A stretch of 35,852 nucleotides of DNA, from positions 57,783 to 93,634 of the forward strand of contig NW_005434486.1 in assembly GCF_000315625.1 (NCBI RefSeq), read 5' to 3'. The DNA is from Guillardia theta CCMP2712. Lineage: Eukaryota; Protista; Cryptophyta. The position numbers were made by a program, and so were the translations under genes. Positions 12,048 through 22,200 of this stretch are shown one piece after another; positions within the stretch are counted from its first letter, which is position 1, and the number at the start of each line of letters is the position of its first letter. The notes under the pieces are model-generated. The model ran no database searches and had not been told where the DNA came from. It saw nothing but the letters and a program-made list of their open reading frames with translations.

Positions 12048-14099
12048 AATTTTGTGACACAACTGCAAACGAAACAGTTTCAGCCCAGTTGTTGGAGTCG
12101 ATAGCTTTGAAATAAGTTGGAAATGCAAAAACTGCACCTCCTTTCATATTTACACACCTTCACTTCTCGTTTCTCACCCTGATCACCCTGACACCATCTT
12201 CTGAAATCCCAATCATCCCAAACCATTATCGGAATCATCCTCTACTTGCTCTATTCCTAGGCTTTATCGAACAAGCGGTGTTCATGGCGTCGATCTCCCT
12301 CTCATAGACTCCTTCGTCTCTTCACAACCCTCCTCTCCTCTAGCTTCAACTGCAAAGATTTCGTCACTGTATTTCCCACATCCTTGCATTCTGCCGAAGT
12401 GATACTTGCTCTTCACAACATAAAGTTCGATCCCAATCATACTCATCTCATCTCATCTCATCTTCCCAACACTTTCCGCGCTGCATCGTGCGGAAATATA
12501 CTACACAAGTCCCTTCTTTATCGATGGGGGTGGGGTGTCAGAGTGGTAGGGTCCCAAAAGGGTAAAACGGTGATATTGGACGAAATAAAGGGGGTAGGGT
12601 ACACCCCAGGGAAAATCTTGATCTCGATTCACCGGATACATTGAAACAAGACGGGTGGTAGGTGAACCTAAATGATTCCACATCTAAAAGGGGTGGGTAT
12701 ATTTTGCTAAATGGACTGGTGGGTATGAGATATGCGCACAATGGTACCCCTAGTCAGTCAGACCACCCTCATCTTGGAAACAACAACGACACCGGTGGTC
12801 GCATAACCCCACCATACTTTCTTTTTCGACCGGACTCTTAAGTTTAAAAACACATGTACAACATAAAATGTTGTATAGAGCTACTACCCCACCAGCCGGC
12901 TGTACAGAATATGGTAAATGACCGGTGTATTGATGTGAAGAATTGTTTCAATAACAGGTGGGTGGGATTTTTACAAGGGGTCCTTTGGGTTGATGAATCT
13001 TGATTTTGAAAAAGATCTTTATGGATTGACCAAAACCTTTTACAACCAATAAGACAATGTATGAAGAAGTTATAAACTTTTAAGTTGTGTGAAGCATACA
13101 TTTCCAAAGAAGTTGCTGACATATCCAAACGAGCTCCGTGACCAGGATCCCTAGTATCCCTTGGTCTGCCTGGAACGGGTACAGTACGTACCCCTACCTC
13201 CTCATTTCCGTATGACTACCACACCCCTTCTCGTCAGCGATTCACCTTCTTCGCATCCCGATTCCTCGTGTGATCCCACCACCCCATACTTCCTCACCGA
13301 CTACCCCCACCCCTTGGTCCTCGCACCGGTTCACTCTTGCTCACGGAGGCCACTCCGGAGAGGGGGGAATGGCTGTCACGAACCCCTCGAGCCCCACCCC
13401 TGTTTCCATCTAGTATCTTGTATCCAACCGGACCAGTACCCCCCAATTAACCTTCTAGCACCCACCTCAACTTGCGCGATTCAAGAAAGGAAGCGATTCG
13501 ACTGGCTCTCAAGTATTTTCAATTTTCATGGTACCGGTGGCTGATATTTACTATTTCATTGAGGGTAGGGGTGGTGATCGAAGTTTCAAAGTTAGGGTCT
13601 ATTCGACCTGTAAAACCTGAAAGTTTCAGCCAGTCCGGGCCGGCCCGACCGTCGACTCGGATGACTGACGGTCGGACGGTGACCGTCGGACTGTCGAGGG
13701 CCCGGCAGCCACTCCACTCAAAGTTCAAATACAGCGCCTCCGAGTCTGTTCTTCATGCCGAGTCCAGCGCTGACGATTCCTATCCTACGTGCCGTATGAC
13801 GCCGAGTGTGGATTCGGATCCGCGACTGGTAAGTTCAACTTCCGATGTGACTGGCCCTCGGGCACGGACCTCAGTCGGGCGAGGCCCAAGCTTAGGCTCC
13901 GAGGCTCCGATCAGGGCCCGGGGCCTCAACCACTGCGACCACCGGCGTCGAGCTCTCAGACTAGGCTGCCGCTGATGAGGGTCCGACCGGGATGAGGGTT
14001 AAGTTGACTCGGGTGTGACTCTCGTCAAGTTTGCCGCGGCGAGGCTTGTCTGCGACGATTGTCGAGGCGATTCGAACTTGTTCGCCCGAAGGCTACCTC

Positions 14100-15200
14100 A
14101 GCTTTCCTTTGCTTGGGAGAGAAATCGGATCCTAGTCAGCTTGAAGGGATCTGAGACGGCTTCGAGTGAGCACGGTCCACGACGGAGGAGAAGTCATGTT
14201 CTAGAAGGTTCGCTAAGGACGTTACTTTCGAGTACTTGAGAGCCCGGATTTCCGATCTTGCCGAGGAGCTTAGCAGAGTAGCCAGGCAAGCATACAAGGT
14301 GAGGCCAGGAAAGTTGTTCTCAACAGCTTGCCAATACACTGACTTTGCATGAAGTAGCGCAAACATGGCGAGTCGAGTTTGGGATCGGCCACTGGGGATG
14401 TAAAGAAGGAACTTCCTTCTGCTCAATCAGCTCAAGACCTTGTCTCACTCGGTTCTGTTAGACGTTTCATCCCCTGTGTTTTGTTACGAGGAATGCTAGG
14501 AAGCTGGAAGATTCAAGACTGATAGACTCAAGGAGCCTCCCGTGTCGTGAGAGGAAAGAACACGATGGTCTGAATGAAATGTCAACTTGTACTGAGAGAA
14601 GTTAAGCCAGACCAACTGAGTGAGGGACCCTGCCTGTCGTAATGACTTGTCTTGACTGCGATCTGCCATCTGTCAGAGCTCATAGGTACCGAGCCCGGGT
14701 TTACTGGAAAGAAAGGACAGTTGGCTGTCGCGTACTCGTGTTTGAAACTGACTTCTCCTGGATACCTCAGGACACTCTACCCCAGTGTGAATCTGCTGAC
14801 AAGGACCCCTCTAGAGGTCTTTGTTGCAGGAACCGTGTTCCCGTGGTGGCTTACAAGCGGACTGAGAGGACGGGTGAGTCTTGTGTTGTACAACCAGTTG
14901 GAAGTAGCCTGCTGGCATGCGAGGACGGGGTTCTCTTCCCTGCAGGAGACCAAAAGGTTTCCTCTCGAAGGGCTGACGAGATGTTCAACATCGAAGGAGG
15001 AGAGCTTATCAACTTCCAAGGAGAGAACACCCCTGCTTGCTTCAGCCAAGACACGGGTACTCCTGTCTCCTCCTTCGAAGAGTAACAAGATCATTCTCGT
15101 CAGAACCAGGGTCTTCTTACCCTTACGCGTGTGAGCCACGTCTGTTTGTGCCACACCAGTTTGCGTGGGTTTGTTTTGTTTGTTGTGTGAGAATAAAGAG
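14100..15200 (+). CDS. Hypothetical multi-exon protein; boundaries unresolved
   Basis: Coding-like segments flank plausible GT-AG introns (FAKDVTFEYLRARISDLAEELSRVARQAYK|RKHGES..; ORF 14642..15085; EPGSSYPYACEPRLF). It lies downstream of a CpG-rich island. No recognisable motif. Confidence 0.35.
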
Positions 15201-15565
15201 AGATTGATCTTTGTTGTATTCTGGACTCATACCGGACGCCCCTTGGACGTAGCGTAGGGAAATAGGATGACGATGCAGATTCCTGCAGTGGTGCTGCTGA
15301 TCTGATGAGAGTGTGTGCTTAATAAACAGTGATCCTAAGATCATCTGAGCTCAACGTCTTACGCAAGGTTGTGTATACAACAATCTTTCTGCTGTCACAC
15401 TGCTTTGCTCTTAGTAGAGAAATTCTAGCGCAAGTTCTTGTTGAGCTCTGCTGAAGGTCAATCCTGTAAAGCCTCGGGGTGTGCCACCATCATGTGGACA
15501 GATCGGATCGTAGACTGTCACTGAGGCCCACAACCTCTAAGTCTGCGGCAGACAGGGAACAGACC

Positions 15566-15677
15566 AAGAACAGCTAGCCTTTGGGAGAAGATCGTCTCTG
15601 AATAGAGCAAAGAACAGCTAGCCTTCGGGCGAAGATCGTCTCTGAATAGAGCAACGATCAGCTAGCCTTCGGGTGAA
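15566..15677. repeat. 44-bp tandem repeat, about 2.5 copies
   Basis: Unit aagaacagctagcct(t/c)ggg(a/c)gaagatcgtctctgaatagagca; cagctagcc starts at 15571, 15615 and 15659. Confidence 0.92.
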
Positions 15678-16214
15678 CTTCGGATAGTCTCCGAACAGAG
15701 CATGAACGTGACTTGGCGGGTCATCAGCATCGGCTGGTTGAAACACGCGCAGGTGTTTGCCTGCCGCCCGGCATTGCGGGGATGCGAAGCTCCGTGACGT
15801 AGGGTCCTATTGTCACATAAAATGACCGGTACCCACTGACTTTGTGAGCTATTGCTGGGAGACACGGTCCGACCCAGCCCTCAGGCTATCGTATTTCATA
15901 AGTGACGACCTAATCGCAAAGTGCGATCCCCTCCTCTTCTCTTCTCAGCACACCTCCCGATGTAGGTCGGCCTCTATTCCCCGTTTTAGCTTCCCACCTG
16001 TTCCACCTGCTATCCCGCCGCCCACCTTCAACTTGAAGGCTCCGCTATCTCCTCCTCCTCTGCCTCCTCTGCCTCCTCTGCCTCCTCCTCCTCTCTTCTT
16101 CTCCCTCTCGTACTCTCTTGCTTCGCTGAAGGCTGTTGGATTAGCTTTTAACAGTGCTGCGCATCAAGTTGACTTCTGTTCTCTTTGCACCCTGTCATTC
16201 GAACTTTTAAGGGA

Positions 16215-19200
16215 ATGAAGCGTCCTCATGATGAGAAGCTCGGTCCATCCAAGCATCAAAAAAACGAGCCCAAATACCGCCTGGTCAACAGTGCTTGTTT
16301 GAGCACTGGAAACGTTTACAACCTAGAAAAGGATGCTGACAAGCTCGGTTTGACCAAGACCTCAGGAGATCGTTATGTGCTGAAAGGCTCGCAAGGTTTA
16401 TTCTCTGCAGTACATTTGAATGACAGGCAAATCCTTTGGGAGAGCAGTGGTCCAGTGGTGGATGCAGATGTCAAAGAGATACTGCTCTTTGCAGCAGAGC
16501 ATGATCAAGCCATTCACGTCAATACTGCGGTACATGGAGAAGAAAAAGATAGCAAATTGAATACGCAAGATCCGAACTCCTTCGAGTTTCTGATCGAAGA
16601 TTACAACAATGCTAAAGATCCAATGTTCAAGAAAGATTTTCAAGCCTCTGTGCACCCAGTTTGCGACCAGAGTCCGCCGATTGCTCCCCACGGAGCGAAC
16701 ATGATTATCAATGCCTGGTGCCATAGCGTCAGTTTCAAATTTGCTGAGAAGTTGGATCACAAATCCGGCACAATACCACTAGAACGATGGGAAACGCTAT
16801 CCATCGCAGCAAGATTGGTCAAAGCTTTGCTGTTCAAACCAAAGATTTCTTTGATGGATGATTACATCGAGGGCATCCTCGAAGGATACGTGGAGATCAA
16901 CTGTACAGCAACCGATCCAGACGATGTCAAGAGCAAAGCGATCACTTCAGCTGATCTTCTCGTTCAATTCACAGAAAGCAACCATAAAGTCCTGCTCCTT
17001 CAAGGAGCTGCAGGAAGCGGGAAGTCTACGACAGTAAAGAAGTGGACCCATCAACTTTGGGGGCAATGGACTGTAGGGTGTCCTGTACCAATCTTCCTGA
17101 TCCTCTCAAGCGGCAAACGAGTGAGAGATTATGTAAACGAGCGACTGGAGGAGCAGCTCTGTGAGGATGAATGGAGGAGATTTGTCGAATTCAACAAGTT
17201 CATGTTGGTATTGGATGGTTACGACGAGCTCGGAGAGGAAGTGAATGTCGTGAAGAAGTTCGTTGAAGAACTGCGAGGCAGTATTGAAAGCAAGGTGATC
17301 ATTACTTGCAGAAGCAACTTTCTCAAGAGCGGAGGCAAGTCCTCTACTCTTTTCTATCCAGATGACACAGGGAAGAAGTCTCTGCTTGAATTTTGGATTT
17401 GTCCCCTCAGTCTGAATCAGGCTAGATACTTTGTTGAAAGTTTTCTAAAACAAGATCGCTCATCGATGAAGAATCACTGGGACAAGGAAAAATATCGGAA
17501 TGCTTTGGATTCTAAACCAGAATTGCAGAAGCTTGCCATTACGCCTTTGGCTTTGAAACTGGTAATTTCTACCCTCCCTCGATTGTGTTCGAAGATGAAC
17601 GACTCTTCTGAAGCTTCTAAACTTACAACATTCGATCTGTACATTGAACATGCTGAAAATTGTTTTTGTCGTGAATGGTTTAAGCTGCAAAAGACAGATT
17701 TGGTCATGGAAAAAATTTTTGTCAAGGAAGCAAATTACCAGCACAAATTTTTTCAGGCTGTTCAAGCGATTTCCTTGGAAATGCTTCGCCAGGGCAAAAG
17801 CCGACTTGAATGTCAAACTTCTCAGCTACTGTTACAGAATGAGCCTTTTCTGATGTCACCTGCACTTGCTGCACAGGAGCAAGCAGGATACAGGCTGCTT
17901 TCAGAGTATCTGATACAAAAACACGTTGCATGCAAACAGCTTTCTGAGGTCATAAGTATTGAGTTTGTTCACGAAAATTTCAGAAGCTTTTTCCTTGCCA
18001 AAGACACATTTGAACGAGTGAAGTCCTACGATGCCAGTACTCAGTCGCAAATTGAAGGACTGAGCATTCGTTTGCTGAACAACGATTTGGAGACGATCAA
18101 TTTTCATGCGGTGATTGTCCAGAGTTCAGACGAGTACAAAGATAAACTGTTTGATATCATTCGTGCTTCCCGCAACGCAGAGTCCGAAGACTGTGCGACA
18201 GTAATAGCAGCAGCGAACGCAGCCACTATCCTGACGACCGCAGGAGTCTCATTTTCAGGATTAGATTTGTCTGCAGTTAAAATCTGTGGTGCTGTATTAC
18301 GGAATGGCATTTTTCATCAAACCAACTTCAAGGGAGCCAACCTGTCACGGGTCGATGCTAGCTATGCGTGTTTCTTGGAGACTGATCTAGAGGAAACGAA
18401 CATGGACGGACTGATCTTAAGCGAGTACCCGTGCTTCCTTGACGAGGCAGATGTTGAATTCAATTGTATAAGCTACTCCCCAGATGGCAAACATGTTTGC
18501 TATGGATCATCCGGAGGAGAGATATGGAAATTGGCATTTGAAGAAGGAGGAAAGCAGAGTTTGCATATGCTCGGAAACAATTTGGGAGAAAGCATACAAA
18601 AATTGGTGCATGGACAGGATGGAGAAACTCTTTGTGTTGCATCAGATCGCAGCGTTCAATTGTGGAACATCAAGAATGAGACTTGTTTGTTTACACACAG
18701 AATCTTTGACCCGGAGCTTCTTTCTAAAGACCTCAAAGACAGCATTTTAGACATAACTATCACAAATGATGTCAAATATCTCGTTGTCAGTTTGTATTCA
18801 GGTTCTGTTTGCGTTTTTAATGCAAAATCTGGTGTGCTTCATCACAAATTAGTACTAGATAATGAGATATCATGCAGTTACTGTGAAAACAATGACAACA
18901 TTCTGCATACTGCGTCTTTCAGTGGGCTCATACAGACGTGGAACTTGGAAACGGGAGTATGCATAGAGAAAAATGATAGCTTTCAGCAGGAGGGTACCAA
19001 CTTCTGGTTCAGTCCCGATGGAAGGTTTCTCGCATTCTACTCTAATGGGATGGTACATATTGGAGAAGTTGAGTCAGGACAGCTGATGCTGAAAATCCGC
19101 GGGGCCATGGAGGACATAGAAATTGTCTTCTTCGATCCTGACGGCAACAGACTTGCATGCAGGACTGACAGTAGCTCCATCGAGATCTGGGACCTGCGAC

Positions 19201-22200
19201 AAGCCTCGTGCCTTCACTCCTTCCATACCCGCGACGATCATCTCTCGGTCTTGCGCTGGAGGCCTGACGGGAAGGCTCTGGCGACGGGATGGGAGGACGG
19301 GTTGATCCAGGTGTGGGACGTGGAGACTGGGAGGTGCGTGCGGTCGCTAGAGGGGCACAGAGAAGAGGTGGAATGCATGAGCTGGGGGCCAGACGGGAAG
19401 ACACTTGTGTCAGTCTCGATTGATAGTCCCGTAAGGGTTTGGAATTTGAGCGAGGGCAGAAGTTTTAAACACTCCCATGGTCCTATCACAACAGTTAAAT
19501 GTCTTGAGTTTGCAAGCGACGGGAAAACTCTTGCAGCTGGATGCAACGATGGCACCATTCAGATATGGAATACAGAAGACGACGAGCTCCAGCAGTCCAT
19601 GAAAGGACAGTCTTCGACCACATGGAATCCGGACGGGCAGACGCTTTTATCACTTTCGCAAGGGGAGATGTCGATATGGAATTCGAGATCGGGAGAACGC
19701 AAGAAATGGTTTGATAGAACGAGCACTGATATTGTTTCGAGCATCGACTGGAGCGCAGACGGTAAAATCGTCTTCATGTGTACTGATGAACATATCTTTG
19801 AATTTTGGAATACAAAAAGAGACGAGCTCCAACGCACTTTAACAAAAGAAATCAAACAAACTCCTCAAGTGATGTGGAGTCCAGATGGCAAGAGAGTTTC
19901 TCATGTATTTGAAGACGCTTCCATCATTGATTTGTGGGATTTACAAGCCTGCACAGAGCTGCATCTGCATAACGAGGTGCATGAGGTGGCGAGAGTGTTC
20001 TTGCTCGGCTCAGACTTTACCATGATTGCTAGTTGTGTAGGGATGGACAAGAACATAAGCTTGTTGGACCTGGAAACAAAACGAACTGTTCGAGTACTGG
20101 AAGGGCATACAGCAGAGATCACATACTTTACGTTTCGAGCAGAGAGCAAGATGCTTGCCTCGGCATCTGACGACTGTACTATCCGAATATGGGACATTGA
20201 GAGCGGAAATTGTCTGAAGATACTTCAGAAAACCGCAGAGGAAGTGACATTCCTACGATTTGACGAGCTAGAGGGAGATGTTCTTGTCTCAGGATCACTC
20301 AACGGTATGATACAAGTGTGGAGAGTGGATTCAGAAGAATGTCTGCACCTTCTAGAGGGTCACAAGGATGAGATAGCTTACCTAGAAGTATCGAGAGCTG
20401 GGAAATGGATTATCTCTGAATCAAAAGATAACACCAAGAGGATCTGGGATGTAGAGAACAACACGATATTCCGCAGTATGGAAACAATTTCATCTGCTTC
20501 CTTTCTTGCCTTCGATCCTGACGGCAACAGACTTGCATGCAGGACTGACAGTAGCTCCATCGAGATCTGGGACCTGCGACAAGCCTCGTGTCTTCACTCC
20601 TTCCATACCCGCGAGGTTCTTCTCTCGGTCTTGCGCTGGAGGCCTGACGGGAAGGCTCTGGCGACGGGATGGGAGGACGGGTTGATCCAGGTGTGGGACG
20701 TGGAGACTGGGAGGTGCGTGCGGTCGCTAGAGGGGCGCAGGGACGCAGTGCAATGCATGAGCTGGGGGCCAGACGGGAAGAAACTTGCGTGTGGGTATCT
20801 GCAAGGTGACGTTCGACTTTGGGACGTTGACTCTGGTGAAGCTCAAGCGCTGGAAACAAGAATTAGAGTCGCAACTTGCTTTAAACAAGATCCTGGCAAG
20901 AAGTTAGTGGCAGCTGGATCACAGAATGGAGTTGTCAGCCTGTGGGATGTGAAGACTGGAGAGTGTAAGGAAAAGCTTCGTGGCATCGTTGAAAACTTTA
21001 TCACGTGTTTGAGTTGGCATCCCAATGGATGCTTGCTTGCTGCTGGTGATAACAAGGGTTTGATTCAAGTTTGGAACGTGGGAGAATCGACGTCAACCCC
21101 AAACGTGTTTGAGGGCCATACGGAGGAAGTGTTGATGTTGAGGTGGAGCTCCGACGGGACGAGCTTGGCATCGACAGCACACGACATGACCCTTCGAGTG
21201 TGGGAGATGTCAAGAGAAGGACACGGGCACGTCCAGGCAGTGAGCGACGCGCGAGGAGTCTGTCTCAGCTGGAGTCCTGATGGGAGGCACATCGCGTCAG
21301 GGTGGGATGACGAGGCCCTTCGGCTTTGGGAAGTTGGACCTCAAGGCATTGAGTGCAGTTTACACGAGCCTGACCTGCCTCAAATTCTCAGCTTGAGCTG
21401 GAAGGTGGACAGTGAGGTGTTTGCCTCGGCACATGGAGACACAACGATAAGAATATGGAACGCACAGTCCAAGCTTTGCTTGCGAACTTTGCTACACATA
21501 ACATCAGACGTGTCGTGCTTGAGTTGGGCACCTTGTGGAACAAAGCTTGCCTTTGCTTCAGACGAAACAAAACTCGAGGTTTGGGATGTTGAAAACGAGA
21601 GAAGTTTACATCTTCATGACAACGGACTTTCCTATGATGCGTTGGCTTGTTGGAGTATAGACGGCAAGAAAATCACGACAGCATCCAACGGAGGAATAGT
21701 GCAAGTGTGGGATGTGAAGTCAGGTCTGAGACAAGGAGCTTCGAAGATGTTCGTTCATCACGTCAGCTGCTTGAGCTGGAGCCCCGACCGAAGAACATTG
21801 GCCGTCTGTCTCCGGGACGAAGTCGTCATAGAGGTTTGGGACGTCGAACAGAATGTCTGCAAGCACGAGCTGAGAGGTGAATGGCCTTCCGAGTACTTGA
21901 GCTGGGGGTCAGCAGGCAAGATACTGATCTCGAGCTCCGAGTTGGGAGAGATCGGAGTATGGAACGTCGATTCAGGGACATGCATCAACAATATCGATAC
22001 AAAGCTGATGATCAACTGCATCTGTTGTAGACCAGACGGAAAGATGGTTGTAATAGGATCACAAGATGCCATCTTACAGACATGGAAGACACGATCTGGT
22101 CAGCATGTTCAGACGATACAGTTTCACACTGAAAAGATCGAGGTGAAAAGCATGAGCTGGGGGCGCGATGAGAGCATTCTTGCCGTGGCAAGTTCACAAG

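Noticed and set aside
14136-14426. Minus-strand ORF with YWQAVENNFPGLTLYA..SSSARSE, reminiscent of a hAT transposase dimerisation motif
   Set aside because: The ERxFS core is absent, no other transposase parts or TIRs are seen, and the segment is antisense to a plausible plus-strand exon-intron-exon structure.
15566-15677. CRISPR-like array
   Set aside because: The units are contiguous tandem copies with no unique spacers; the context is eukaryotic and there are no cas genes.
19130-20781. DGR-like template/variable repeat pair (6 of 10 differences are A in copy 1)
   Set aside because: Four differences are at non-A positions, many As are unchanged, both copies are coding within one ORF, and no reverse transcriptase is present in the window.
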